Source: a virus
Taxonomy: Duplodnaviria; Caudoviricetes
Strand: one strand, 5' to 3'
DNA length: 64,000 nt
Virus record (IMG/VR): IMGVR_UViG_3300042549_006840
Span: 1,622-65,621 of that record
The stretch's first letter is position 1. The number at the start of each line of letters is the position of its first letter. A program made the position numbers and the translations under genes. Positions 10,565 to 21,443 of the stretch are shown here, piece by piece. The notes under the pieces are model-generated. The model saw only the letters and a list, made by a program, of their open reading frames with translations. It had not been told where the DNA came from and searched no databases.

Positions 10565-13500
10565 TTAATTATCTATCTTTTTATTTATAGTGTCAATTTG
10601 ATCCTGGAGTTCTTTGATAGCTTGGATCAACAATGGGATAATTCTTTCATATCTAACTGTCAAGAATCTATCATCAATTGGAGCTGGTGCTACGACCATT
10701 GGCAGAATCTTCTCAACTTCTTGAGCTGACACACCAATCTGCAACTCACCTTGGTAGCCGTAGCTCTTAGCAAGATCGTTAGCTGTGTAGTAGAAGCCAG
10801 ACAATTGCTGGACTTTCTTAACAGCTTCTAGAATGTCACCAACTTTGGTTTTCAGTCTATCATCTGAGTAGTAAGCTGTAATGTTACCAGTAGCTCTGAT
10901 TTCACCTTGTGCGCCTGCTGCAGTGTTAACACCTAAGGAGTTAATCTGTGGTGAAGATCCCGAAGTTAAGCCAGCACCCTGGACACCTTGATTACCCTGA
11001 GCACCTGCGGCACCTTGCACACCTTGGTTACCTTGAGCACCGATTGCGCCTTGAGCACCTACGGTACCCTGTGCACCAATTGTTCCTTGGACCCCTTGAG
11101 CACCTTGAATACCTTGGTTACCTTGAGCACCCAAAACACCTTGGACACCCTGCGCACCCTGACGACCTTGGGCACCTTGTGCACCAACAACACCTTGAGC
11201 TCCTGTAGCACCCTGGACACCCTGTGCACCCTGGACACCAATTACACCCTGGACACCCTGCGCACCCTGACGACCCTGGGCACCTTGAACACCCTGAGCA
11301 CCTTGAACACCTAGATCACCCTGACGACCCTGAGCACCCTGTACACCAATGACGCCCTGGACGCCTTGAGCACCTTGGATACCTTGGTTACCTTGAGCAC
11401 CAATGACACCCTGGACACCTTGAGCGCCTTGGACGCCTTGTGCACCTTGAACGCCCTGAGCACCCTGTACACCAATCACACCTTGTGCACCTACTGTACC
11501 TTGAACACCTTGGTGGCCTTGAACACCCTGAGCACCCTGAACACCCTGAGCACCTTGAACGCCTTGAGCACCTTGAACGCCCTGTGTACCTGTAGAACCT
11601 TGAGCACCCAAAACACCCTGGACACCTTGAGCGCCTTGGACGCCTTGTGCACCTTGAACGCCCTGAGATCCCTGGACACCCTGGAAGCCTTGAACACCTT
11701 GATCACCCTTATCACCTGTTCTTGTGAACGCGATAGAGATATCGGTACCATTGGTCCAAGTGTTGCTACCTGAAACATATGCAACTGGAACACTGAAGTA
11801 ATCAGAAAGTTCTGTATGCAATCCAGTGATTGAGAACTGAGCAGTATGAGCTAAGTTAGCAATTTCCGAGATTGTAAACAGACCTTTGATTGCTGATGTC
11901 GAGTCATCGATTGTCTGTAAGAAGTTGTAAACGTTAGCAGCAACAACCTCATTATCCAAGAAATCGATATACAAATTAGCTGCAGCAGCAATATTTGCAT
12001 TGCTGAATCTTAGGAAACCGTTTCCTGGATCAGAATTTGTTGTTGTAGTAGAGTATTTGTACTCAAATGTAGCGCCAGTGAATACACCAGGAGCTCCCTG
12101 AACACCCTGGGCACCTTGGACACCTTGGTTACCCATGTAACCAGCATTACCCAACTCAACCCATTGATCAGTATTACCATCGTTAAACCATGTGTACTCT
12201 ATACCTGTATTGCTGTCGATCCACAAATCACCATATTGTGGTGATGTTGGAGCAGTCGCCTGCATTGTGATGCTTACACCACCTTGTGTACCCTGAACAC
12301 CTTGAGCACCTTGTACGCCTTGAGCTCCTTGAACACCCTGGAAGCCTTGAGTACCTTGAGCACCTTGGACACCTTGAGCTCCCTGTACACCCTGGAAGCC
12401 TTGTGCACCAACAACACCCTGGACACCCTGAGCACCCTGGACGCCTTGATAACCTTGGCTACCCTGTGCACCAATCTCACCTTGAACGCCTTGGTGACCC
12501 TGGACACCCTGAGCACCTTGGACACCTTGTGCACCTTGAACGCCTTGGAAGCCCTGAACACCTTGCGCACCCTGGACACCTTGGAAGCCTTGGACACCTT
12601 GGAAGCCTTGTACGCCTTGATGGCCTTGGTAACCCTGTGCACCAATTTCACCCTGGACGCCTTGAGCTCCCTGAATACCCTGGTGACCTTGAACACCTTG
12701 AGCACCCTGGACGCCTTGATAACCTTGGTTACCCTGAGCACCAATCTCACCCTGGACACCTTGTGCGCCTTGGACGCCTTGTGCTCCCTGAACACCTTGC
12801 GCACCCTGGACACCTTGGAAGCCTTGTGTACCCTGAGCACCTTGAACGCCCTGGAAGCCTTGAGCACCAACTTCACCCTGGACGCCCTGAGCACCCTGGA
12901 CACCTTGGTGACCTTGAACACCAACTTCACCCTGGACGCCTTGAGCTCCTTGAACACCTTGGTGGCCTTGAACACCTTGAGCACCTTGGACACCTTGATG
13001 ACCCTGAACGCCTTGATCTCCCTGAACGCCTTGGGCGCCTTGTACACCCTGTGCACCTTGAACGCCCTGTGCACCTTGAACACCTTGGTAACCTTGAGCA
13101 CCCATGTCACCTGTTCTGGCAAACGTGATAATAACATCATCGCTATTGCTGAACGGTGTAGTGCTGCTTCCGCTTACATAAGCGCAATCAACTTCAAAAT
13201 AACCTGAGAGCTCATTTACAGCAGAGATTGTGAATAAAGCAAAGGCAGAAGAATCAAACTTCTTCGAAATTCTAAAGTGACCTTTGATTGTGGAAGAAGA
13301 ATCATCAATAGTTCTTAAGAACTCTTGAATGTCAGTGGTGTTGTCATTCTCATCATCGATCCACAAACGTGTGGCTGTGTTGAGAGTGGCGGAATCAAAC
13401 TTCAGTTTACCTGTTGTAGGATCTGAGTTAGTTGTGTTGGTAAGGAATGTATAGTCAAATGATGCACCACCGAAGTTACCATCATTACCTTGAGCACCCT

Positions 13501-15595
13501 GGACGCCTTGAGCTCCCTGTACACCTTGGAAGCCTTGAGTACCCTGCGCACCCTGGACGCCTTGGTAACCTTGATTACCTTGAGCTCCGACTTCACCTTG
13601 CACGCCTTGAGCACCCTGAACACCTTGGTGGCCTTGGACACCTTGTGCACCCTGAACGCCCTGAGCGCCTTGAACGCCCTGAGCTCCTTGTACGCCTTGC
13701 GCACCTTGAACTCCTTGAGCTCCCTGAACTCCTTGAGCTCCCTGAACTCCTTGAGCTCCCTGAACTCCTTGAGCTCCTTGAACGCCTTGGTAACCTTGGC
13801 TACCTTGAGCGCCTACTTCACCCTGAACGCCTTGTGCACCCTGAACGCCCTGTGCACCTTGAATACCCTGGAAGCCTTGAACACCCTGTGCTCCTTGAAC
13901 ACCTTGATAGCCTTGGTAACCCTGGGCACCTATTTCACCTTGAACACCCTGTGCACCTTGAACGCCTTGGAAGCCTTGTGCTCCAATAGCACCTTGGAAA
14001 CCTTGGAAACCTTGTGTACCCTGGGCACCCTGAATACCTTGGTAACCTTGCGTACCTTGAGCACCCTGGACGCCTTGAGCTCCCTGGACACCTTGGAAGC
14101 CTTGATCACCTTGAGCACCTACGTCACCTTGAACACCCTGGTGACCTTGTACGCCTTGTGCACCCTGAACACCCTGGGCACCTTGAACGCCTTGATAACC
14201 CTGGACACCCTGGTGACCCTGGACACCTTGGAAACCCTGAACACCCTGGTCACCCTGGACGCCTTGAGCACCCTGGACACCTTGGTGACCTTGTACACCC
14301 TGAGCACCTTGGACACCTTGAGCACCTTGAACACCTTGGTGACCTTGAACACCCTGTGCTCCTTGTACACCCTGTGCGCCTTGAACTCCTTGAGCTCCCT
14401 GTACACCTTGGTAACCTTGGACGCCTTGTGCACCCTGGACACCTTGGAAACCTTGAACACCCTGGTCACCTTGGAAACCCTGAGCGCCTTGAACTCCTTG
14501 ATGACCCTGAACGCCTTGAGCTCCTTGGACACCCTGGAAGCCCTGGACACCCTGAGCGCCTTGGACACCCTGGAAGCCCTGGACACCCTGAGCTCCTTGA
14601 ACACCTTGATGACCTTGAACGCCTTGAGCTCCTTGGACACCCTGGAAGCCCTGAGTACCTTGAGCACCTTGAACGCCTTGATAACCTTGGTTACCCTGGT
14701 CACCCTTATCACCAGTTCTTGTGAAAGAAATTACAGTGTTAGTGCCATTGGACCAAACATTGCTACCAGAAACGAACGCAATTGGAACGCTTGTATAATC
14801 ACTTAAATCTGTGTGGGTTCCAATAATGGAAAACTGTGCGTAGTGGTTGTTGTTCGCGATTTCAGTAATCTGGAACAAACCTTTGATTGCAGAAGTTGAA
14901 TCATCAATTGTCTGCAAGAAGTTATAAGCATTTGCACCAGGAGTGGTATTGTCCATCCAATCGATATAAAGATTGGCGGCTTGAGAGATATCAGCATTAC
15001 TGAATCTTACAGTACCTGTTCCTGGATCGGAATTTGTTGTTGTGGTATCGTACGTGTAGTTGAACGCTGCACCACTGAATGTACCAGTTGCACCTTGGTA
15101 ACCTTGAACACCCTGTGCACCCTGAACGCCTTGAGCGCCTTGAACACCCTGGTTACCCTGAGCACCTATTTCACCCTGGACACCTTGTGCACCCTGCACA
15201 CCTTGGTAACCTTGTGTACCTTGAGCGCCCTGGACACCCTGAGCTCCCTGTACACCTTGATTACCTTGAGCTCCGACTTCACCCTGAACGCCTTGTGCGC
15301 CTTGGACACCCTGGAAACCCTGTTGACCTACAGCACCCTGAACGCCTTGAAAGCCTTGAGCACCAATTACACCCTGGACACCTTGGAAGCCTTGAGTGCC
15401 TTGGGCACCCTGGACGCCTTGATAACCTTGCGCGCCAATTTCACCTTGGACACCCTGAGCACCCTGGAAACCTTGCGGTCCTGTGTTGGTGTTTACAATT
15501 TCCCAACCTGTACCATTATACTTCCATGTTCTGGAGCCTAATGAATATGTTTGATTATTAGCTGGTGATGATGGGAAGTCTAAAGATGTAGCCAT
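10565..15595 (-). CDS. Large collagen-like fibre protein (1676 aa) with three globular inserts and an S74-like chaperone
   Basis: Hundreds of G-X-Q triplets, three homologous inserts ending F(T/A)RTGD(K/M)G, and YYSDDRLKT...LIQAIKEL at the C-terminus. Confidence 0.87.
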   Translation of the reverse strand: MATSLDFPSSPANNQTYSLGSRTWKYNGTGWEIVNTNTGPQGFQGAQGVQGEIGAQGYQGVQGAQGTQGFQGVQGVIGAQGFQGVQGAVGQQGFQGVQGAQGVQGEVGAQGNQGVQGAQGVQGAQGTQGYQGVQGAQGVQGEIGAQGNQGVQGAQGVQGAQGVQGYQGATGTFSGAAFNYTYDTTTTNSDPGTGTVRFSNADISQAANLYIDWMDNTTPGANAYNFLQTIDDSTSAIKGLFQITEIANNNHYAQFSIIGTHTDLSDYTSVPIAFVSGSNVWSNGTNTVISFTRTGDKGDQGNQGYQGVQGAQGTQGFQGVQGAQGVQGHQGVQGAQGVQGFQGVQGAQGVQGFQGVQGAQGVQGHQGVQGAQGFQGDQGVQGFQGVQGAQGVQGYQGVQGAQGVQGAQGVQGAQGVQGHQGVQGAQGVQGAQGVQGHQGVQGAQGVQGDQGVQGFQGVQGHQGVQGYQGVQGAQGVQGAQGVQGHQGVQGDVGAQGDQGFQGVQGAQGVQGAQGTQGYQGIQGAQGTQGFQGFQGAIGAQGFQGVQGAQGVQGEIGAQGYQGYQGVQGAQGVQGFQGIQGAQGVQGAQGVQGEVGAQGSQGYQGVQGAQGVQGAQGVQGAQGVQGAQGVQGAQGVQGAQGVQGAQGVQGAQGVQGHQGVQGAQGVQGEVGAQGNQGYQGVQGAQGTQGFQGVQGAQGVQGAQGNDGNFGGASFDYTFLTNTTNSDPTTGKLKFDSATLNTATRLWIDDENDNTTDIQEFLRTIDDSSSTIKGHFRISKKFDSSAFALFTISAVNELSGYFEVDCAYVSGSSTTPFSNSDDVIITFARTGDMGAQGYQGVQGAQGVQGAQGVQGAQGVQGDQGVQGHQGVQGAQGVQGHQGVQGAQGVQGEVGVQGHQGVQGAQGVQGEVGAQGFQGVQGAQGTQGFQGVQGAQGVQGAQGVQGAQGVQGEIGAQGNQGYQGVQGAQGVQGHQGIQGAQGVQGEIGAQGYQGHQGVQGFQGVQGFQGVQGAQGVQGFQGVQGAQGVQGAQGVQGHQGVQGEIGAQGSQGYQGVQGAQGVQGVVGAQGFQGVQGAQGVQGAQGTQGFQGVQGAQGVQGAQGVQGTQGGVSITMQATAPTSPQYGDLWIDSNTGIEYTWFNDGNTDQWVELGNAGYMGNQGVQGAQGVQGAPGVFTGATFEYKYSTTTTNSDPGNGFLRFSNANIAAAANLYIDFLDNEVVAANVYNFLQTIDDSTSAIKGLFTISEIANLAHTAQFSITGLHTELSDYFSVPVAYVSGSNTWTNGTDISIAFTRTGDKGDQGVQGFQGVQGSQGVQGAQGVQGAQGVQGVLGAQGSTGTQGVQGAQGVQGAQGVQGAQGVQGHQGVQGTVGAQGVIGVQGAQGVQGAQGVQGAQGVQGVIGAQGNQGIQGAQGVQGVIGVQGAQGRQGDLGVQGAQGVQGAQGRQGAQGVQGVIGVQGAQGVQGATGAQGVVGAQGAQGRQGAQGVQGVLGAQGNQGIQGAQGVQGTIGAQGTVGAQGAIGAQGNQGVQGAAGAQGNQGVQGAGLTSGSSPQINSLGVNTAAGAQGEIRATGNITAYYSDDRLKTKVGDILEAVKKVQQLSGFYYTANDLAKSYGYQGELQIGVSAQEVEKILPMVVAPAPIDDRFLTVRYERIIPLLIQAIKELQDQIDTINKKIDN

Positions 15596-15632
15596 TGTCG
15601 TCCTTGAAAGGGGCGTTGAATAAGTATGATTT

Positions 15633-15640
15633 TATTTATA
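15633..15640 (-). promoter_or_regulatory. T4-type late promoter TATAAATA
   Basis: Exact TATAAATA upstream of the 1676-aa gene. Other exact copies at 10582-10589 and 24283-24290; NNTAAATA variants at 3301, 18688, 39456 (+), 39535 and 46683. Confidence 0.7.
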
Positions 15641-15682
15641 CTTTACCAATTTGGAGAAGGTCAGTATAATATAAGTTTAATG

Positions 15683-16420
15683 TTAAATTCCGTATGTTGT
15701 TTTAACTGCATTGTAATTGGTGGTGATTTCCGCACCTGACAATGCTTTGTTATACAACCTCATCTGATAAAATACTGGTTGAAGAGCTGAATTCGTGTTA
15801 TTCATTTTATCTGTTGGGCCGCTACCACCATTAGTATGTCTTGCTCCAAAATAAAACTCACTTGTTACAAATTGTGTTTGAGCAGCAACGGTATCGGTTG
15901 TTCCAACTTGTGTACCATTCAAATATAAACTATGTTGAGTTCCGTCAATAACAAAAACCCATTGTCTTATAGCATTGCTTGCAGTTATGGTTTCTGCGGC
16001 TGGAACATTAGGTCTGCCATAATTTATAACTGTTGCACTGGGCATATATGCCATATAACCCCTTCCAAACGAATAAGCCTCGTTACCCCAAATTGTTGCC
16101 CAGTTAGATGTGGGATTGAACGATGCAATGATTTCAACAGTTACTGTGTTGGTACTAATATTATATGGGACACTAATATAATCGGTGCCAGTATAATCAG
16201 CATTGTTTAATTTTACACCACCGCCGTTATCAGATACGTAAGACGATGAACCTTGTAGTGTTGCATTATATCCATTACCTGAAGCATCTGTCCATGTAGT
16301 GCCAGACGAGGGAGCAGATTGTAAATTAAATACAAGTCCAGAAGTAGTACCACCCCAACCTTCTGCAACCACAGGCTTTTTCACATTATTCATACTCAGC
16401 ATCATCGAACCGATGGACAT
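15683..16420 (-). CDS. LamG/concanavalin A-like lectin domain protein
   Basis: SGTTWTDASGNGYNATL, LYLNGTQV and RLYNKALSGAEITTNYNA, typical of phage LamG domains. Confidence 0.8.
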   Translation of the reverse strand: MSIGSMMLSMNNVKKPVVAEGWGGTTSGLVFNLQSAPSSGTTWTDASGNGYNATLQGSSSYVSDNGGGVKLNNADYTGTDYISVPYNISTNTVTVEIIASFNPTSNWATIWGNEAYSFGRGYMAYMPSATVINYGRPNVPAAETITASNAIRQWVFVIDGTQHSLYLNGTQVGTTDTVAAQTQFVTSEFYFGARHTNGGSGPTDKMNNTNSALQPVFYQMRLYNKALSGAEITTNYNAVKTTYGI

Positions 16421-18339
16421 TATGTCAATCCTGTTCCATTAATGTACCAAGTATCAGTTCCCGTTTTAATCATTGTAGCCATGCCGTATGTACCAAGTGT
16501 TCTATCAGCACTTGTGTTATTTGCAGCAAGGTATAAAGTAACGCCAGAAGCTCTTGTGACTACTACATTACCAGTTCCATATGATATAACACTGATTGTT
16601 GATCCTGTTGGGAATGCAACACTTGAATTGTTTGCAATTGTCAATGTCATACTTGTAGAGTTAGCACAGTAGTAGTGTTTGCCTCTATCCGACAAAGCGA
16701 TAGTAACGTTAGTGTTAGCAAGTACTTGAGCAACATCGATGTCACCTTGAGATCCCTGAACACCTTGTGATCCTTGGACTCCTTGAGATCCTGTTGCTCC
16801 CTGAACACCTTGAGCACCTTGAATACCTGTAGCGCCTTGAATACCTTGGACACCCTGAGCTCCCTGATAACCTTGAGCACCTACAGAGCCTTGGACCCCC
16901 TGGGCTCCTTGGACACCCTGTGATCCAACAGCTCCTTGAATACCTTGAATTCCCTGGACGCCTTGATATCCTTGATAACCTTGAACGCCTTGAGCACCAG
17001 ATCCAGTCGCACCTTGGACACCTTGTTCGCCCTGGACGCCTTGATGACCTTGAACTCCCTGAACGCCTTGGAAACCTTGAGCACCTTGGACACCTTGAGC
17101 ACCAGTAGATCCACCACTACCTTGGACACCTTGAGCTCCTTGAACACCCTGAGCTCCCTGTACTCCTTGCTCACCCTGAACACCCTGAGCACCTGTTCCA
17201 GTCGCACCTTGGATACCCTGAGCACCTTGAGTACCTGTAGCACCCTGAGGACCAGTGGCTCCCTGAGCACCCGGTGATCCCATGTATCCAACATTACCTA
17301 ATTCAATCCACTGATCGCTACTACCATCATTAATATATGTGTATTCGGTTCCAGTGCCACTATCAATCCAAATATCACCATAGTTAGGTGAACCTGGAGG
17401 TGTTGCAGAAAGAGTTACACTTACGGAACCAGTAGCACCCTGAACACCTTGGTAACCTTGTGCACCCAAAACACCCTGGACACCTTGAGCTCCTTGAACA
17501 CCCAGATCTCCTTGTACTCCCTGATAACCTTGATATCCCTGTGCTCCTAACTCGCCCTGGACGCCTTGAGCTCCTTGAACACCTTGTCGACCTTGGACAC
17601 CTTGGTAACCCTGTGCACCTAGCTCACCCTGGAAGCCTTGAGCACCCTGAACACCCTGAGCACCTTGAATACCTTGATAACCTTGAGCTCCCAGAACACC
17701 TTGAACGCCTTGAGCTCCCTGAACTCCTTCTGCGCCTTGGATACCTTGAAAACCTTGAACGCCTTGTGCTCCCTGTACTCCCTGAACACCCTGGACGCCT
17801 TGTGAACCTTGAACGCCCTGAATACCCTGGGCACCCTGGACACCTTGGTTACCCTGATAACCTTGAATACCCTGCGATCCCTGGATACCTTGATGACCCT
17901 GTGCTCCTGAAAGACCCTGGACGCCTTGAGCTCCTTGAACACCTTGAGCGCCAACATCACCCTGAACACCTTGAAAGCCAGCGCCTTGCGTACCTTGATA
18001 ACCTTGAACACCCTGGGCACCCTGTACACCTTGAGCTCCAGAAGAACCTTGGGCACCTGTCGCACCCTGAACACCTTGAGCGCCTGAACCTGTTGCTCCT
18101 TGAACACCTATCGCGCCCTGAACACCCTGTGAACCTTGCGGACCAGTGTTACCTTGAGAACCCTGTGAACCTAGACCACCTTGCTGACCCTGTCTTCCTT
18201 GAGCACCCTGAACACCTTGCGCACCCTGAGCACCATCACCCCCACCACCCGAACCTGGAACAGGCAGAGTTATAGAAGATGATGTGGACGAAAGAACACC
18301 ACCAATACTCTTAACTTTAATTGTAGGTAATGTTGCCAT
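16420..18339 (-). CDS. Collagen-like fibre protein
   Basis: G-X-Q tracts, a [10 protein letters not shown] insert and a beta-rich C-terminal domain ending [11 protein letters not shown]. Confidence 0.82.
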   Translation of the reverse strand: MATLPTIKVKSIGGVLSSTSSSITLPVPGSGGGGDGAQGAQGVQGAQGRQGQQGGLGSQGSQGNTGPQGSQGVQGAIGVQGATGSGAQGVQGATGAQGSSGAQGVQGAQGVQGYQGTQGAGFQGVQGDVGAQGVQGAQGVQGLSGAQGHQGIQGSQGIQGYQGNQGVQGAQGIQGVQGSQGVQGVQGVQGAQGVQGFQGIQGAEGVQGAQGVQGVLGAQGYQGIQGAQGVQGAQGFQGELGAQGYQGVQGRQGVQGAQGVQGELGAQGYQGYQGVQGDLGVQGAQGVQGVLGAQGYQGVQGATGSVSVTLSATPPGSPNYGDIWIDSGTGTEYTYINDGSSDQWIELGNVGYMGSPGAQGATGPQGATGTQGAQGIQGATGTGAQGVQGEQGVQGAQGVQGAQGVQGSGGSTGAQGVQGAQGFQGVQGVQGHQGVQGEQGVQGATGSGAQGVQGYQGYQGVQGIQGIQGAVGSQGVQGAQGVQGSVGAQGYQGAQGVQGIQGATGIQGAQGVQGATGSQGVQGSQGVQGSQGDIDVAQVLANTNVTIALSDRGKHYYCANSTSMTLTIANNSSVAFPTGSTISVISYGTGNVVVTRASGVTLYLAANNTSADRTLGTYGMATMIKTGTDTWYINGTGLT

Positions 18340-18340
18340 T

Positions 18341-18670
18341 TTATCTGGTGATGTTTGGAGTAATTGTTATTATACCTTCAACAACCCGAGTAATGTTGTT
18401 ACTAGAATCAGTCAATTCAGCATCGTACATGTACCTACCTGGTGTAACATTGGCTGTTGCATTAGCAGACAGAGCAAGTGTCAACGTACCATTGGCACCA
18501 CCTAAAGTGACATTGAAGCTCACCGCAGTCGTAGATGTAAAGTGTCTTCTGAACTGAGCCGCGCCAGTAAAAGTTGTTAGATCGAGTGGATTGTCCCCAT
18601 CATCCGTAAGATTAATGGATGTGGAATATGTTGATCCCTGGTCAACAATAATGTTCGCTTTGATAGCCAT
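18341..18670 (-). CDS. Small conserved virion structural protein
   Basis: [10 protein letters not shown]...GRYMYD...[15 protein letters not shown], a type common in T4-like fibre regions. Confidence 0.65.
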   Translation of the reverse strand: MAIKANIIVDQGSTYSTSINLTDDGDNPLDLTTFTGAAQFRRHFTSTTAVSFNVTLGGANGTLTLALSANATANVTPGRYMYDAELTDSSNNITRVVEGIITITPNITR

Positions 18671-18691
18671 AGATATCTCCTATGACTATAT

Positions 18692-20116
18692 TTAGGGTTG
18701 GTTTTTTTTCTCTAGTTCAACAATTCTTGCTTCTAAAACTTGATACTTCTTTTCAAGCTCTTTAGTAGATTCAATTAACAAAGCGACTAGCTTTTCATAT
18801 TGTACAGCCAAGTAACCATCTGGTCTCTCAGCAACAATCTGTGGCAGGATTTTTTGAACTTGTTGAGCAATAACCCCAACATCTTGTTTTCTAATGAAGA
18901 AGCCATCTTCTCCACCTTTAGAGGCAATATAGTCTTCTGTCCAATCGAACGTAATACCGTTCAAGGTAAGAACCTTCATCAACGCATTAGCGATTGGAGA
19001 TGTATTAGTTTTTAAACGCTCATCAGAAGAATAGTAAGCTGTGATGTTATCTGTAGCTCTGATCTCACCTTGTGAACCAGCAGCTGTGTTAACGCCTAAA
19101 GAATTAATTTGGGGTGATGTAGCAGAAGTCAGGCCGGAACCTTGAGCACCAACGGCACCCTGGACACCTTGCGCTCCTTGAATACCTTGTGATCCAACAC
19201 CGCCCTGAGCACCTGTTGCGCCACCAGAACCTTGTACACCCTGAGAACCTTGAATACCCTGTGCGCCTTGAACACCTTGTGAGCCTTGGGATCCAACAGC
19301 ACCTTGAACCCCTTGGTGACCTTGAACGCCTTGGAACCCTTGAGCTCCAATAGCGCCTTGACGTCCCTGTGCTCCTTGAACACCCTGAACACCGGATGAT
19401 GGTCCAACCCAGTTACCAGAACTGTTGATAACATCTTGGGCACCAACTCTAACCCAACCACCAATAGTTACGTTAGCACTAACGTTTGCTGTACCGGTTA
19501 CTGTTGCTGTTGCATCTGGCGTTGTATTATTGAAACCAACTCTATTATTGGTAGCATCAACAAACAATACTCCACTATCAAAGTTAGAGTTACCATTGAA
19601 GTTTGAAACATTACCTGAAAGAGTAACGTTAGAATGTGTGGAGTTCCCAGTTACAACAAAAGCATTTGCTAAACCTGGATTAACAATTAATGTTCCGTTT
19701 ACCGTAGCAGTATTTGATACAATTAGATTTGCAGCAGTTCCAACATTAACACCAAACGTTAAGACATTAGCATTGTTAGCATAGAAGTCCCAACGTTTTG
19801 TCGTATCACCAAGTCTAACATTATTAGCATTGGGAATTACATTTGCACTGTATGTTGATTGACCTGCGACAGATAAAGTATTGCTTAGTGTTGAAGTACC
19901 ATTAACATCTAGCGTCGTTGCAGATAATGCCCAACGTTGGTCGGCATCACCAAGAGAATAGTTGTTATTAATTGGTTTAAAGTCACCGTTCGATGTACCA
20001 CTGAACGTAACATTACCAGAAATATTAAACTCACCGCCAACAGTTAAATTACCACCAACATTGGCATTACCAACTACCTCTAAACCATTCTCAGCCTTGA
20101 ATACAGTATCTGCCAT
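18692..20116 (-). CDS. Fibre protein with short collagen segment and S74-like chaperone
   Basis: Beta-rich N-terminus, G-X-Q tract, and YYSSDERLKT...GVIAQQV...YEKLVALLIESTKEL. Confidence 0.8.
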   Translation of the reverse strand: MADTVFKAENGLEVVGNANVGGNLTVGGEFNISGNVTFSGTSNGDFKPINNNYSLGDADQRWALSATTLDVNGTSTLSNTLSVAGQSTYSANVIPNANNVRLGDTTKRWDFYANNANVLTFGVNVGTAANLIVSNTATVNGTLIVNPGLANAFVVTGNSTHSNVTLSGNVSNFNGNSNFDSGVLFVDATNNRVGFNNTTPDATATVTGTANVSANVTIGGWVRVGAQDVINSSGNWVGPSSGVQGVQGAQGRQGAIGAQGFQGVQGHQGVQGAVGSQGSQGVQGAQGIQGSQGVQGSGGATGAQGGVGSQGIQGAQGVQGAVGAQGSGLTSATSPQINSLGVNTAAGSQGEIRATDNITAYYSSDERLKTNTSPIANALMKVLTLNGITFDWTEDYIASKGGEDGFFIRKQDVGVIAQQVQKILPQIVAERPDGYLAVQYEKLVALLIESTKELEKKYQVLEARIVELEKKNQP

Positions 20117-20126
20117 GTGCTACCTA

Positions 20127-21443
20127 TTATTTTATTAAGTGAGCTACTACTGTTACGCTCGAGTTAGCAGCACTTTGTAAGAATTTTAACGAAACTATAC
20201 CAGTATTTATTGCTGTGCTGAATACACCAAGATTGGAACCGAGTGGAGATGATACTGTGCCGTACACTGTGAGGTAAGGAGTAATTGTATCATGTGCAAG
20301 AACAATCTCATTAATCTGATTATTGGTACCTGCAGCTGTTTTAATCTGAGCTGTAATTTTTGCTGAAGAATAAGTTCCAGTAGAAAACGTAAGAACATTT
20401 TGAGCTGCTGAAACATTAGCTCCCAAATTGGTATTTGATGCAACAACAATTACATAATTGTTTTGAATTGTTACATTTCCACCAAGAGATGAAACACCTA
20501 CAACATTTAAGTTGGCTTGGATGTTGGTACTATTGGAGACGTTGAGATCTACAATGTTGCTTGTTGCAATATTCGCGGCCGCAATGTTAGCAGTTGCAAT
20601 TGTAGCTAGACCAGTAAACGTACTGACATTACTAAACGTTGCATTACCAGTTACAGCAATCGTATTACTGAACGTAGCAGCCTTAGTAACACCAAGTGTT
20701 TCTGAAATACTAACTGTGTTACTAAAGAAAGTATTACCAACTACCGTAAAGGTGTTGCCTGAAACAGTTGTATTGGATACAGTCCCGTTGCCGGAGATGG
20801 AAAAGGTATTAAGAGAGCTATTAGCTTTGAATGTAATGATATTAGCTGTAACTGTTGTATTACCATTGACCGTAACAACAGCGTTTGCATTAAGAGTTGT
20901 AGCTACTAGATCTGTATTGCTTGTAATGCTTAACGTTGTACCGCTCAGTACAGTACTCACACCCGTTACAACAATGTTTGCTGCATTGATCTGTGTGTTC
21001 GATGTGATGTGGACGTTTCCACCCTTCAGGGCTGTATTAGCTGCCTGGATGGATGTGTTTGTAGTGACTACTGAAACATTAGATGTTACATTAGCCAAAC
21101 CACCATTGATATAAAGAATTGTAGAGTTAACGCTAGCATTAGCTACTTGAATATCAAGATTAGCTGTTGAATATAAAACAGCACCTGTAACTCTAGTATT
21201 AGATGTGATGTTTAAGTTAGCAGAAGTAGCAACCGATCCACCACGAAGAACATCACCAGCTGCAAAAGTGTTGGCAGATAAAATACCGTTTACAAAGCCG
21301 TTACCCGTAACACCTGCTCCAACAGTATTGGACTCAACTGTTACAGCAAACAGTGACATGGAGTCTGCTAACTGGTTTGTCCTTGCAACCCAGGAAGCAA
21401 ACGTATCCGTCGATACTACTACATTAGCTACTGCTCTTGCCAT
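20127..21443 (-). CDS. Tail/neck fibre protein
   Basis: TDTFASWVARTNQL N-terminal motif and Asn/Thr/Val-rich beta repeats. Confidence 0.65.
   Translation of the reverse strand: MARAVANVVVSTDTFASWVARTNQLADSMSLFAVTVESNTVGAGVTGNGFVNGILSANTFAAGDVLRGGSVATSANLNITSNTRVTGAVLYSTANLDIQVANASVNSTILYINGGLANVTSNVSVVTTNTSIQAANTALKGGNVHITSNTQINAANIVVTGVSTVLSGTTLSITSNTDLVATTLNANAVVTVNGNTTVTANIITFKANSSLNTFSISGNGTVSNTTVSGNTFTVVGNTFFSNTVSISETLGVTKAATFSNTIAVTGNATFSNVSTFTGLATIATANIAAANIATSNIVDLNVSNSTNIQANLNVVGVSSLGGNVTIQNNYVIVVASNTNLGANVSAAQNVLTFSTGTYSSAKITAQIKTAAGTNNQINEIVLAHDTITPYLTVYGTVSSPLGSNLGVFSTAINTGIVSLKFLQSAANSSVTVVAHLIK

Noticed and set aside
8830-19390. Collagen repeats as a CRISPR array or DGR template/variable repeat
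   Set aside because: The repeats are in-frame coding triplets with no spacers; I saw no reverse transcriptase and no adenine-specific repeat pair.
8798-19464. Many long alternative-frame and antisense ORFs (TLSTLNTL..., LEHLEHP..., KVFKVLRV...)
   Set aside because: They are shadows of the 9-nt collagen periodicity, which lacks stop codons in the other frames; no RBS or independent signal.
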